From contig OZ316775.1 in assembly GCA_973851085.1 (NCBI GenBank), positions 19,282,001-19,346,000 on the forward strand: 64,000 nucleotides of DNA. Reading direction: 5' to 3'. The translations under genes and the position numbers were made by a program. Source of the DNA: Ptychomitrium polyphyllum. Taxonomy: Eukaryota. Under the pieces are notes generated by a model, which saw only the letters and a list, made by a program, of their open reading frames with translations, was not told the DNA's origin and did not search any database. Below, in pieces: positions 50,406 through 64,000 of this stretch (the first letter of the stretch is position 1; each line of letters begins with the position of its first letter).

Positions 50406-52083
50406 ATGCTCTCCCACTACGGTGCAGATGGTTCTAGCGCTGTCCATCACGATGTTTCGGACGAGAGCCGAATCCCTCGAGTTTCACTTTCACTAATGGC
50501 CTCAAACTCCTCGCTTCGGTCCACCACGAGTTCTAGTCTAAGTCTTACCCCCAGTTCAGCTTTTCGGTCCTCCAAGAACGCGAAGGAGGAGGTACAGTAT
50601 TTGCAATAGTTGACCCACTTGAGTTGGTTTAGAAATGTTTAGGATTACAGTTTGATGAGAATAGCCAACTCGGTTAGAGGATAGAGTCAAGTATTGTTTT
50701 GTGTCCATTCGAGAAACTTCTGGGCAGTAAATAGTGAAATTGCTTGTATCTTTGCGGATATGGACATGAATGGCGGAGCGTTTGACATTGATTAGAGATC
50801 ATTGTAGGTGAGGGAGCTTGCGAAAGTGCTGCGTAGAATGCAGGCTGTAGACAAGATATACTGGGAAGAAAGTAAGTTTCTGATGCTACGGAACGAAGTT
50901 GCAATTCAGATGCTTTTCCAAGGCAAAGCAACTGCACAACAAACAAAGGTACAGAAGAATGATGTAAACAATTGTTTTGAGCTATTGGTGATCGTAGCAT
51001 AAAATGAATCCTTTCAACAAATTTAACGACGTGATTAGAAGCCTGAAAGAAGTGACTATTTCTTGAAAACATTGTGTGTGTTCCATACCCTATAAACTCT
51101 TGGGTCGGCAGAGTAAAGCCCTCATGTTATTGCAGGAAGATGCAAGAGAATTGGTACAGCCGAAGGCTATGAGGAGTACTTTTTCCCAAGAGAGAAAGAG
51201 TACCGATGAAGAGGAAAGGGTGAAGGAACAACAAAACTCCATAGCCGATGTAGAGGTTGATCACGAGGCTTCTTCGGAGCGACTCTTTGGAGCCGTCAAT
51301 GGCCAACGAGCTGACCACCATCAAACTACGCTGTTCCACACTCAAGTAATGGAAGATCGCATCAATAAGGTAATTCCATGTTGTCTCCAGCGAAACTACC
51401 ATTTGCTATTTGACGCTGTTAAATTTGCACATTTGCGAATAGGGTCAGGCGTGCCAAATCTTGAGGTGATGAACTCTTTGAACACACTATCTATCAGTTT
51501 AGGCAGACTCAAAATCATCGTTAAGATGTAGTTACGGCAAATTCAAGTCTACTATAATTCTTGATACATCAAATTGGAGATTTGAGAATGAGGAGCGAAT
51601 GAGGTCGATGTTGTCACTTATTTGGAAGGAACTGAGCATCTATCTTGCACAGGCTCGCTTAGATTTGAGCATTTTGGAGCAGCAGTGCACGTATGTGGAA
51701 ACAGAAATGAAGTTGCTGCAGGCAGAGCATGCGACGCTGAATGATCAACTTCGCCAAGCTCAGTTTCAGTTTGATGGCCTCCTCCAAGAGCAGCAAGCAT
51801 ACCTGACGGAAAGCTTCAAGTTGTATCATCGGGAGTTGTTAAAACGGGAATCTTTCGAGCAAGACCTTGAGGTATACTAACAGCTGACTGCCCCAAATCC
51901 CATCTTCGACCAATGCTACACCAACACACAGATTTCGAATGACTGAAACACGAATCTGATCAGGCAAGATAGTCGAATCGGTTACTCAGGAGATCATTAG
52001 AAATGGCATCAGAAGTCAAAGGCAAGAAGTTACAGGCAAGATACACAAAAAAGTCACTCAGCGTTGGTCTCAAGTCAGGATGA
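50406..52083 (+). CDS. Coiled-coil protein of unknown function (exons ~50406-50591, 50808-50948, 51136-51369, 51653-51871, 51973-52083)
   Basis: All four introns are phase 0 with GT-AG ends. Heptad-rich ARLDLSILEQQCTYVETEMKLLQAEHATLNDQLRQAQ. The start codon and last acceptor are uncertain. Confidence 0.7.
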
Positions 52084-52875
52084 AGCCATCTTTGGCAGAC
52101 CACAATGTTATGCAGGTCTAATTGGGAGCATCCAAGTAAATACGTTGTTTGGCACTTAAATTAGGGCCGCCAGATATTATGCAGTACTGTAACAAAGTGG
52201 CATTCCAAGGGTACATTGCTCACCAAGCCACGCGACCGTTACTGTCGTGGCTTCCAGGAACTAGCATGGACTTGTAACTGAAACCTGCTTCTGTGACCAG
52301 TTTGCCAGCCTCAACAGAGTCTATATTACCCAGAAAAGCAACTAACAAGCAAGTGTTGGCCTGCTACATAGCTGAGGACAAAGGCTTCAATGAAAGCATC
52401 CACCACAACACCACTACAACATGTATACACCACCTTTCAAACCTCCCAATGAATACGAAAGTTTACTTCTATTGTACAGCCCTACTCATACATTTGCCAA
52501 CCATCTTTTGAGGAGACAACTCAAATATTGGCCTGTGCATCACGAACAATGTACTCATTCGTTGGTTTGCGTCGGATAACGCGCTCACGAAGATCGATAT
52601 ATACAACTTTCCTTGTAGGAAACGGGTGCTCCATCCATTGGAGTAGAGGTGCAGTTACGAAGGGGCAGATTCGACCTCGAGACCTGTTGGTCTTTGTCTT
52701 CGTACGTTCTCGGTGTCCCTGCACGTTCTCGAACCTTAAAAACATACTCAGATGCTTCTCGCAGCATTCATACCTGAGAATTCTGCGGTCAGCAACGAGT
52801 TGCATTCTCTTGAAGAGTATGCAAGCATCATAGGAGGCGATGGTGAGCATCAGCGCTGAGTAAAAGTTTTGAACG

Positions 52876-55353
52876 ATGGTGGGCGCAACGCCAACTCCGA
52901 CGCTCACATCGTCATCGTCGTCGTTATCGAGCGTTTGGTTGGAGCGGTTTCGTGTGGGGTCGCTGCCTACAATTTACTACGTCCCTGATTTTGTCTCGGG
53001 AACTGAAGCGGCCGCTCTTGTCCAGGAGGTGGGTTCGTTTCACCCTTTGCATGTTTTGGAATGGCTGTTGTTGTTTCTGAGATCCAGATGTGCTGGCTTG
53101 CTTGATTGCCTGAGGTTTTGGATGCGACTGTAATGTGGGGATTGACGAGGTGGTTGTGTTGCGCATCGAGGATGATTCCTGGATGCTCTGTTTCTATCAT
53201 TGGACGATTCTGAGGGTGGTGTTGAGTTTGAGTGATGCATCAATGGTTGCTAGTTTTCAAAGTCGTAATTAGGGCTGAGAGCCCAAATTGTGAACAGCTG
53301 AACTTGAATTCAATCTCCGATTGATCCAAATTTGAACAGTTTTGTTTCGTGAGGGTATGAAGTTCTTATGCATTTCTGGTTTTGGAAAGCATGTTGGTCA
53401 CGAGAGGTTTCTCCACATTTAATACCGTTTAATGCGTTGATACTTGTGGATATGTAGATTAAATGATTTTTAGTGATCTTGTGTTGCAGGTGCAAGGCGC
53501 CCCAGTCGCTAAGTGGAAGACTCTCAAAAATCGCCGGCTTCAGAATTGGGGTTAGCTGTTGCCTGGATGTTCTACTTGTTCACATCTTGTGATATATCAC
53601 TGAGTTGGTGTATTCGTGTAGATTTGTGGATCTTCGTAAGGGTTGCATTTGTTGTCATCAGGGTCGTGAGTGGTGTAGATTCGAACATGACTTGCGTGCT
53701 TGTTTCTTTTTGTCTCCTTGAGTCCAAATCTGTCATCTGACAGTGTGGGAACGGGGTTCTTGAGCAGGAGGCGTCGTGCACGAGAAGGGCCTAATATCAC
53801 AGCCCAGTATGCAATCCATTTCTCACCTTCGCTTGCTTCTATGTTCAATTTAAATTACTATACGTTGTTCCATAATCTGAATGATTCATATGCTTTAGAT
53901 GTGATGTCGAAGATGTGATGTTAAGATGCATGTTTGAACGCAGTTCCGGCATGGCTGAGCTCTATAACCGAGAAGATAACGAAGGAGACGAACCTGTTTC
54001 CAGCGCCCATCAATCACGTCCTTGTGAATGAATACTTGCCTGGGCAAGGAATCAAGGTGTGTGTGCGCACCTCTCAACCTCAATCGCCCATCTATGTGAA
54101 TTCCTCGTATCATTGTTATTATTCATGAGAAATGTTAACGACTCCAATCCTGTGAACGCAGTCGCATCAAGATGGTCCAGTATATCATCCAGTGGTGGCG
54201 ATTCTTTCACTTGGAGCTCCGACTCTGATACACTTCACACCTCATGCACGCTTGACCAAGTCCAACAAAACTGGTTATTACTGCACAATAAATCCAAGTG
54301 CTGTTTATAATACTGCAAATTTTAGTGGGTGAGGTCACTTCTTGTCAGCACGGAATTGATTGTGGTTGAGGTTTCTGCAGAAGAATCGCATGAGGAATCC
54401 CAATCAAAAGAAGGTAAAAAAGAGCCCAAGGCTGAGGCAACTTGCTCATTAGTGTTGATGCCCGGCAGCTTACTGGTCTTTAAAGACTCTGCGTACACAG
54501 GTAAACTCAGGAGTTTTTTCTTGGGCTTACTTGGAAACCCTCTTTTACTAACGTGTGTATCAGAACATCCCAATTTTGTCCAAAAGGGGTTGAAGATTTG
54601 GTTCCCACTTGATCGCAGAAATTCTTCCATTCTATGGGGATTCTATTAGGGTTGATAGTGCTGATCTTTCAATCTAAGTTAATTGTCTTCGCCGAAAGTA
54701 GGCGCACTCATATATAGCCTGTTATGTGTGAAGATTATCTCCACGGGATTGATGAAGCTTACGAAGATCTTCTCGATGACAAGGTACGACCAGACTACAC
54801 TTTGACTTTCAATGCTTGCGTTATAGATGACGTGAACTAATATGTGCCTTCAGTAAACGTCTTTGCTCTCTATTTCGCTTCTGCATCCAGTGACGATCAC
54901 GTAAAACTGTGCGCTCCAAGTCTGGTTCAGTTTATCTTTCTATATAAGCCCTCAGCAAAAACTCTAGTTGATTCTGGAATTGAAGTTGAATTGACTATGC
55001 CAATTTCGTTACAGGACATTATTTACATTGAAATGTTCGCATGTTCATTTCGTGATTTGGTTGTCACGCTGGATCATTCTAAAGCACTTGCTATTTCTAT
55101 TTTCCTGCAGGTGATGAATTTGGATGCTTACCTATTGTATGAGAGAAGGAAAAGTGAAGAGCTAGGAGAGGATATACACGTCAAAGACGTGACTAAGAGT
55201 GAAACAGGCTCAGGGCACACTGCGTTGCAGTCGCAATCAAACCCGGGAAACGGTACTGGTTCCAGGAAGGATTTCCTTAGAAGGACAGGGACTCGGGTGT
55301 CGCTCACATGCCGGCATGTGCCAAAAGTATACAAGAATCTGCTTCGACTGTAG
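52876..55353 (+). CDS. ALKBH6: AlkB-family Fe(II)/2-oxoglutarate dioxygenase, ALKBH6 type (exons 52876-53028, 53490-53550, 53768-53806, 53944-54056, 54162-54273, 54381-54500, 54734-54783, 55111-55353)
   Basis: LPTIYYVPDFV; KWKTLKNRRLQNWGG; NHVLVNEYLPGQGI; HxD in SHQDGP; YLHGI; RVSLTCRHVPKV. All introns are phase-consistent. Confidence 0.95.
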
Positions 55354-55752
55354 GACCCTTGGATGGTTTGACCTTCGAATTGATGACATCGCTGGTTTGT
55401 AGTCCAAAGGACAACGAGACGTGGTATGCTGAGCAACTTGCAAGTAGAAGGAAGGGATTCTTGTCGACTTAGCTCTCTTCTAAATTTTGGCGCTTTCAGG
55501 TACATTTTCTTCGAAAGGTATTCTGTGATAATCTGCTGCCGTAACTAGATCATTCTTTGCCGTTCAAGCTGGCTGGTGATCTGGAGAAATATGAAACTGA
55601 GGATTAGTAATGGTAAACCATTGCCAGGATAATGATGCGAAGCATACGAGACTACTTCTCCCGAAAGGAGCAGGGACTAGATTTATTAGAATTTATGCAA
55701 GACTTGCATTTTTGGATCCTCATTTCTGTATATGTACAATTTCCTGGTCTGG

Positions 55753-58700
55753 TTAAGTACAGCTAACGTACCTGAGTGGTTTGTTTATTTTCCTCCCTCG
55801 ACGACCGTTAATCTGGAGTTTCAGATTCTGATCGGCCGCTGACTCACTGAAAAGTTTTCGTGCTGATGATATGGACACAGTTTTCCTTTTAGTCTTCCTC
55901 TTATGGCTTGAGTTTTTATCGTCGTTGTCTGATAGATTCGCAGTTATCTGTGCACCTTGAGCACTTTCCAGTTGATCATGTCTGGTATCGGACAGCCAGT
56001 TCATTTTGTGCACCAGATCACTGGACGCTGAAGGTCCTCGTCTTCTAGGAGTGGACCTCTTCTGCTTTCTGAATTCTTTGGGAAAGTCAGAGCTATTTTC
56101 CTGCAGCCACTTACTAGTTTGGTATGAAGACTTAAGCCTTTGTGTCCGCTTTCTAACCTCTGGATGCTTAACAACGTGCTCCTTCTGATCATCAGGTGCT
56201 TCGCTGATGCTGGAGAGTCTGGAGTTCTTCACCGACTCATCAGCAACTGTAGGCTCGTGAAACAGTGGCTCTTTGGTCATATCCTCGTCTAGAACCAGAT
56301 AGCTGTCTGTACAGAATCCTTTTGTATCGCCATCAGTATCGACGGAAACTGATTCTCTTTCAAATTCTATTGCAGCATCGCATATTACATCAGTATGCGC
56401 ACTCTGTAAATCTTCGCTCGGTGAGATGTCATTCTCAGCATACATGATGGATGTGTGTGGTGAGAAGGCTTGAACTCGTCGTAGATTTTCTCTTGCGCCA
56501 ATTCTTGTTGCTACAGTAACGCTATCACTATCGTTGAAGTGAAGGTTATCAGCTCCACTGACATGTGTGCCAGTTAACAGCCAATGTTCTGCTTCTTCGT
56601 TTTGTGAAGCAAGCGGAAATACATCGGTAGTACCTGACTCCCAAAGCTTGTACGTTGAGCAGTCAGTCACTAAATACTGGAGGTCAGGAGCGGAAGACTT
56701 AGTCTGTGACTGAAAGATATATGGCAGGAGATCTGGAAGACTATCGAAAGTCTCATCTGAACTACCTTCGTCTGTCTCCTGGTTCATCAAATCTGCTACA
56801 TTGCCATCTGCACCTGGCATGGACATGTCTCGAAACCTGAGAGTCAACTTTTGTGACAATCTGATCTTGCGTGTGCTCATTTCCACCAGCTTTCCCACAC
56901 TTTCACCGATTTGAAACTTCGAAACCGTCCCTAGAGTCCACGTCACTTCTCATAAAACTAACTTAACCTGCCAGCTTTTAATCGACATCTTTCTGCTATG
57001 CTTCCTCCTGGATACATGCATTCACAATATATCAGCACTGCAACTTTAAAGAGTGAATTAGTACAGCGGAAGAGGAAAGGTGCAGCAGCCATTTCTGATA
57101 CTTAAATTATTTAAATCGTATACAATTTCAGAATCGAAACATCTAGTCTACACTCTTCAGAAATGGTTTTGATCGCAAGTGGTCACGGGTGTGTTATACT
57201 GAGCGCGTCGTACCAGAGTAGCCGTCGTCCTCGGTGCCATTCGAATGTATGATATCCCCGGGATAGTTGACTCACCGCTGCCGCTGACCGAAAAATTAAC
57301 CAAGCGGGATAAGGTTTGAATGAGGAGCTCTTTCTGAGTCCACATAGCGACAACAAAGCTCCTTCCTTGAGGCGGCAGCATAGCTGAAAATAGTAACAAA
57401 CAATTCCAATCAAATATGCATCTGCAAATGCATCGACTTTTCCTATGAAATGCATGTACTTAACGAGGTATAAATGCTCCTCCATGTAGAATTTCTGCTT
57501 CATAATTCTCACTAGATCATCTTACCAGCAGATGGACGAGTACGCTCTAAGAATAGACATTCGGAAATGGCAGTTAAACATTGTACTGTAATGAGCTGAC
57601 TCGACCTAGAGACCAGCGTTCTATTCTAACATTTCTGTTTCATTCGCATTTTTAAATTTTCAGAAATTATTCGAATTAGTATATACATAAATGAAAGCAT
57701 AATACTAGTAAAGAATGATCTCTCTTACAGCCAATTTCTAGTCGGAGGCTTGTTAACTGAGAACTAAGCATTGAAGACTGCTACCGAAAACTGCACACAA
57801 AAATATCCGACATGGAAGCACGATGAAGTAATAATATATTACTACGCAGAACTTTCACATCCAAGTTTTGCAAAAAGCACGAATAGCAACTTTAAGCTGT
57901 GCGGAAACTTCACCTAGGCTTCCAAGAGATACGGCAACTCTCCAATCCAATCGTGTCCTTGCAGCAAATAGCACTCTTGGCTTCAGCTCATAGTCTCCCT
58001 AATCAAATCGAGCGCTAACTTCATGTCCGTCTTCAAAGATTGCAATGAAAGTGTAACTTGATCGCCAGATATCAGGTCACGAGTATAGCAATTAATCTCG
58101 CTCTTGGGCACAATTCGCTCACTGACGGTCAGATGCTTGGAGTCGTCACCGAAAAGGTGGCGATTTTCCTAAACATCAAACTAAGAGGAGGTCGCAGGTT
58201 GCAGAGCACTGACCAGGAGTCCCAACTCGTTCGATACATAGACGATACTATTGTGATACTTCTGCGATACTCGTGTAATACCTTGCATTAGAGCAATGAA
58301 CATGATGACGACGTTGTAAAGCCTGTCGAGGCTCCTTGTGATGTGACTCCATTGAGAAACAGTTAGAAACAGTCGCAGAGCTGTTACTAAATTTAATCCT
58401 TGTGGATGTGAGGGATGCATACACAAAACCGTCACTGTGCAAAATAAACATATAAAATTACAATCGGCATACATTTGGTGGGCCGGAGTCTTTACGAGTC
58501 ATAGAAACTGACGGGTTTTTGTACAGTGGCAAGTTTGTGAGATGTGACGGTTTCGGGCATACATCCCAAGCCCAGTTTCAAAACTTGCGCGGGGATGTGA
58601 GAGATTCATCCACAGTCCCGTTGAAACTGAAGTCGTTCATCCAAATCGATGTCCACATCATTGGATGTACATTATGAATTACTAAGCAGGTGACTTTCAA

Positions 58701-58802
58701 ATTTAGAAATTAGCACTTAGGCTGTGTTCGACTGGTACTTCTGTTTGTGTGGAGCACATTCGCATTGACGTGATGATTACCGCCAATTACACCTTCTCCC
58801 AT
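55753..58802 (-). CDS. Multi-exon gene of unknown function with a long acidic-then-basic last exon (~56837-55753); upstream exons ~57047-56968, 57383-57276, 57587-57526, 57778-57729, ~57998-57933, ~58281-58213; start uncertain
   Basis: 397-codon terminal ORF with NLS-like basic runs (KRKTKRK, RRGRK). Phase-consistent chain ...SLRLEIGLQCLTAISECLFLERTRPSAAMLPPQGRSFVVAMWTQKELLIQTLSRLVNFSVSGSVLIYCECMYPGGSIAERCRLKAGRFRD... uses canonical GTAAG/GTGAGT and YAG sites. Confidence 0.65.
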
Positions 58803-61174
58803 CTTGCACGGAATAAGATATTTCTGTCATATTTATAGAGTTTCAGCAATATGATTTGATTGAAATTTTCAAGTTTTCTCATGAAGTTTTACACCTTGTC
58901 CCTTCACCTATGAGGGAAGTACTTTAAAGATGGACAAAAATGAACTAGTAGCGTACACTGTAATAATTATTGTAGAATAGCCTTTTCTTATGAATATTTT
59001 GAAAAGTACTCTTGCAATAGTAATCCAAAAATTAGGCTATAAGAAAAGATTATTTCATGTCAATTAAATAATGTATTTCCATCTTCTCTTGTAGGCTGCA
59101 CTTTGTCTTAAATATCCATGTGTATATGTGTATATATGTATATTTGTGTGTATAAAAATACATTCTCAAGAACATACAATCAAGATGGTAAAATGGTGCA
59201 TATGAATATGAAAAAATTCAAATTTTCCTACAAATGTTAGTCAAACAATTCAATTAGACATTTGATATAATTTACACTTCACATTCCTTTTGTGAAATGA
59301 AAGTTGCTTGACTTATATTATATTATCTACTAGATAATTTGAAAGTTCCTTGCAACTTTTTAAATTAAAGATCCTTTTATTCTAATCTTCTCTTGTTCTA
59401 GTCTTCTTTCATTCTAGTTTAATTTTGATTTAAACGAGAGTTTTGGTTTGAAGAGAAAAGAAAGGAATTTTTCTTTAATATACTTTTATTTACTTTCTGC
59501 ACTTTTTAGAAGACGTGGGCCTGTATGCATAGACAAGCCCACAGGCCACTGCTGCAAGCCACAGGATGACAAGCTTGGCGCTCGCATGCAATTGGACCAC
59601 GTGCTCGTGTTGGACGGGATTCTGTGCTTGTGGCAACAAAGTACACAAGACTTTGAGTGATTTTGTTTTTCATTCTTTCATTTTTTTTTTTAGTTTTAAA
59701 TCCAAGTTGGATATTTATTTTTTTAAGTTTTCATTAGAAACACAATGAAGAGGCTTAAAATTGTAATTATTGTACTTTGCACTTGTTAAGTATATGAGCC
59801 ACTTTTAATGCCATCTTATTTTTTATTATCACAAGTTTTTGTGACTTGTAGCCATCCATTGCATGTAGGTGCCAATGGATTTGGCACTATTGAATTTTTC
59901 TATTTGTTGTGTGAAGTAGAAGATTTAGTTTTGGATTTTGCATTTGGTACCTTTCCTTGTAGCGAGCATTATTATTATTAATTTATGATATTGCCTCATT
60001 TTGTGTTGTATATAGTATGTATTTTATAGGTGTATTATAGAGATGAAGTTGGAATAATGGCTAGTGAAATTTATTTGTGTGTTTTAGATGGGGAGTGTTT
60101 ATTTGAATTGGAATAATTAGAAAGTGATGACTTGTAAACTACAAGTTTGGTGGTGATGATAAATACAAGTGCAAGTATTCCTTGAGCGTTTAAATAATTG
60201 TAAATACTCAAGTGGTCTCTATTATGGTACAAACTAAGAATACATATTAATGGTCTTTTTTACTACAATCTACCATCTTTAATACAATACTTAATTATAC
60301 AACAACGTCTATTAACAGTACTAAGAAGCTTCAAGTCTCAAGTGTGAGAACGTTTCATAAGATGTCAAATTATCCTTGTAATATGATGAGAGATTATTTT
60401 TGGGACAGAAAAGGGACATTCTTTTATCCAATTGGAAGCTAAGATATTGGACTTTTGATGAAAAGTAAGTACTAATAATCTTCCAACTTCAAAAATTGGT
60501 ATGTATTTGAATTATTGCTATAATTTTTGGAACATAAGGCATTCTAAATTTATAAAAGATGGAGTAAGGAAAAATTGCTCCAATTGCATAAAATAAAGCG
60601 TTATGGCAAGTCTTGAGTAAATCTCATCTTTGCTTTTAAAAAAGGTGTTATTACCAATTTGACTTCCATAGTGTTTGAAGATATTGAAAAAAGGGCCTTA
60701 ATGGTGGGATTGTTGTTAAGATGCAATATTCTATTTATCTTATTAAAGATGATTTTAGCTACACAAGTTTCTTTGTTTGTAGTAAAAGAAGTACTATTAT
60801 TTGACTTGTGTAATTGTTCATAGCACATCTAGACATTGAGTATAAAAGCTTCAATTCTAATAAAAGCAACACATTTAAATTTTTTAATGTTGAAAAAAAA
60901 CTACATTATGTACTGTATATATTTATTCAAGATAATTTGCAATAGAATGTGAAAATATATATGCTGAGAATTAAATTTTTAAGGTCTATTTGTCTAAGAT
61001 TAACAAGTAGCTTTTAGATTTGATTACATCAAGGATCATTCTCAATTATAATGGCAAGGCAATGTTGGCACAAGCATTTGCCAAAATTTAGGTATGCAAT
61101 AGAATTCTTGGCCAATATAATTTCATCAACGTGGTTTTTTAGATGACAAATACACCTAAAACAAAGAAACATGT

Positions 61175-61707
61175 TGTTAGAGATACAAGAAACAAGAAGC
61201 AGAAACGAAGTGTTTTCCAAGAACTAATGATTAATAAGAACTTGATACAAAGACTAGAACAAGGTAGGATTCAAGATGATTCACAACTTATGTTGGCAAG
61301 ACTAAGGAATACCTTGTCTTACCTCCTATTTATACTATAACGTTTGTGTCTCCTAGGATACTTCTAAAGAAGCTTACTACAAGGCTTAAGAATGTTCTAG
61401 AAGTCTAGGGAACCTTCTTAAGAAGTTTTCTAAGATGTTGGAACCTTCCTAAGAAGCTTCCAAGGAGTTGGAACCTTCTTTGGAAGTTTCATAAGGTGAT
61501 GGAATCTTTGTAGGAAGTTTCCTAAGTAGCTACCTAAGATGATAGAACCTTCATAGGAAATTTCCTAAGATGGAGGAACTTTCCTAGGAAGCTTCCTAAG
61601 AACATAGAAAGGCTATGAAAACATTTAAAAGTATTTTAAGAAGCTATTATAGTATACTAGTTCTAAAATGTTCTAAGGACTATGTTGCATGATCTATGTC
61701 CGTGATA
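61175..61707 (-). mobile_element. Solo LTR (533 bp), Ty3/gypsy-like terminus
   Basis: The minus strand runs TATCACGGAC (a mutated TGTCACGG) to CTCTAACA. Flanking 5-bp TSD CATGT (61170-61174) / CATGC (61708-61712). Internal TATAAAT at ~61333-61327 and ~29-bp tandem repeats upstream of it. Confidence 0.8.
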
Positions 61708-64000
61708 CATGCTAAAGCCACAAGCAACCTAGGAAACAACCAATTTGAAAAGACTTAGCATAATTGGACAAGTTGTAAAGCTAGACATATAATAAATAAT
61801 TTCAATTGCTCCAAGGTGATGTAAGCTTAGCAAACTAAGAAGTTTAAGAAGATAGTAGGAGAAGAAAAAATCACAAAGAAATAATTAAAGTGCATATGTT
61901 ATAATATATTCAATTACAATAAGGATCATAATTTTTATTTTGCATCCAAGAGAATGATTTCTTTTAAAGAAGTAGAAAGCATTAAAAAACAAGATTGCAA
62001 AGCTTGAGAATAAATGTAAAATTGTAGCTTCACTAGGCCAAGTTATTATATCAAATATAACTTCAATTATTAGAATATATATATTTTTTTAATTTCTTTT
62101 TAAGAAGTGGTTTTAAGAATTATCCTCTAAAAAGTCAATAAATAAGAATTGGTACAAAAACTACAAACAAAGCAATGATGGATATGTTGCACACTTGTGT
62201 TGGTAAGATTAAGGCTTCATGGTATAAATTGCCTCTAATTTATACTATAAAGCTTATGCTTTCTTAAATATTTAAAAAAAAACTTCTCATGAAACTATAA
62301 AATGTTTTGGAGGTCTATAGAACCTCCTATAGGAGATGGAAACTAGTAAAAGCTATTGCAAGGTATTAGAAGGTTCTTAGAGGTTATTGGAAGTTGCTTG
62401 AAGCCACTAGGTGGTTTTGGAGGGTTTTTTTAAATTATTTTGTAATATATATCTGTGATACCAAAAACTATGACTATAAATATGTACTAACATCACTTCT
62501 TTGCAGGTCACATGTGGTCTAAATAAAACAAGGTTGTTGTCAAAGCAATCAAGAAAAAGAATTGTCTCTTTCATTTAGAAATCAGAGTTTAAATTAAAAT
62601 TCCATTAGTATTTACTATCACGTTTTTCAACACACAAAGAGTCTTTATTTTTAAATGTAGTCATTAATCTAATCAGCATTCATTGTAATATTAATCAAAA
62701 GGATAATTTTTCACCTTAAGGAACAATAATTTCTTTTAGATTAAACTTTGTCAAAGTTCTCTCTTACAAATATTGTGCAAACTAATGTAACTAGAATTTT
62801 TTATAACTATGGTGAATCAGTTGTACATTTATGCTCAAAAACAATCTTGTTTTAATCTTATCATTGTTGTAATAATGCTACCATATTTTGAATGTTTAAG
62901 GCCATAGACCTTAGTCCATTTAAACAGAAAATAATTCTTTTTTTAACTCAAAATTGTAATTGTCAATTTTTTAGTTATCCAAACATTTCCACATTTTGAG
63001 ATTATTATTTAAAATGTTAAATACTGTTAATTTCTAATTGCAAATTGATTTCTTAAACTTCTTTCAAATTAAATGGAAGATCAATGATTTGTTGCATTTA
63101 TAATATTTTTGTAAATTGTAAAAATTTTAATCCTACAAATTGTTGTTTATACAGAAGTAAAAAGGGACAGGGATATAAACATTAGATATGAAAATTGTAA
63201 TCTTTAATGATATGGAAGTGAATATCTTACTAAATATTAAAAGTAGTTTTCAATTTAATTTTCTTTTACATTCATAGCAATTCTAAAATGCATGTTTTGA
63301 AAAAAATGAACTTGGGGAAATAATGGTCTCATAAATATAAAATTTATTAGAACTTAAATCCTCCTTAAAATTTATTTAATAGAATATGCAATGCATTTTT
63401 CCATCAAAATCTAGTGCACTTATACCTCATCTTCAAGAGTTGCCAACACCTAAAGTTTAAAATTGAATAACGTACTTGTAATGACATTTTATGTAAATAT
63501 TATGTAATTTTTTTATAAATATATAATTGTATTTTAAAGGCAATAATAATGCATGCAAGTAGTAGGATAATAATATAAGTTTGATGTACAATAATTCTTA
63601 GAAGAAATCAAAATCTTGTCTTAATTATTGTAATTAATTTTAACATATTTAGATAAATCTTTAACATAATATACCATTTTTGCAAAGTTTCCTTAATGTT
63701 CATATTTGTTATATTGAGACAAGATGCAAATTTTGAAACTTCCACCGTTAGTTTTATAAAGTTTAAAAGGTCACAAACTAAGATTCTAAAATATCTTACT
63801 TTAATAAATATGATGTTCTAACATTTATAACAAATAAGAAATTTTAATTTATTATTGTTTTAACACTTCTAAACAACTTGCAAGAAACTATGCTAAGGCC
63901 AATAATTCTATAGTGAATAAAGTCCATACATATAAAATCAAAAACATGTTAAAATCATAATTCTTTTTTATTTTCAAATCCATTATTGAAACTCCTCCAT

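Noticed and set aside
58717..60450. Tourist-like TTA|GGCTGTGTTCG end and a DYFWDRKG fragment suggesting another Harbinger element
   Set aside because: No partner terminal repeat was found and the peptide match is too short to support a call.
61410..61600. Regularly spaced palindromic repeats resembling a CRISPR array
   Set aside because: They are degenerate tandem units without unique spacers, inside an LTR in a eukaryotic genome with no cas genes.
62300..62425. Second LTR-like fragment with GAAnnTTC-type motifs
   Set aside because: Too degenerate; no termini or target-site duplication can be defined.

Overview
This is eukaryotic nuclear DNA with spliceosomal GT-AG introns. Gene content and style point to a land plant, probably a moss (inference). 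Gene-rich islands alternate sharply with very AT-rich, CpG-poor blocks that look like decayed transposons, and there is one 100-N gap. Well-supported genes are ribosomal protein RPL14 (intronless CDS), an ALKBH6-type dioxygenase (8 exons), a cinnamoyl-CoA-reductase-like SDR with an unusual ~180-aa N-terminal extension (6 exons) and a plastid-type TPR protein (3 exons). Less certain calls are a divergent AP2/ERF-like protein, an 819-aa membrane-anchored acidic protein, a secreted His/Pro/Lys-repeat peptide, a small signal-peptide protein ending in DKEL, a coiled-coil protein and an ORF with a 70-aa CxCxCH Cys/His cluster. Decayed material includes an F-box pseudogene, a PIF/Harbinger transposase relic and a 533-bp solo LTR with target-site duplication and heat-shock-element-like repeats. 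I see no CRISPR array, rRNA or intact tRNA gene, and no clear multi-gene novel system. The best leads are the Cys/His-cluster gene (possibly nested antisense in an intron of another gene), the His-rich secreted peptide, the divergent AP2 protein, the HSE-bearing LTR and a ~2.5-kb element with inverted subterminal repeat arrays. All exon models were read by eye and family names come from remembered motifs, not database searches.
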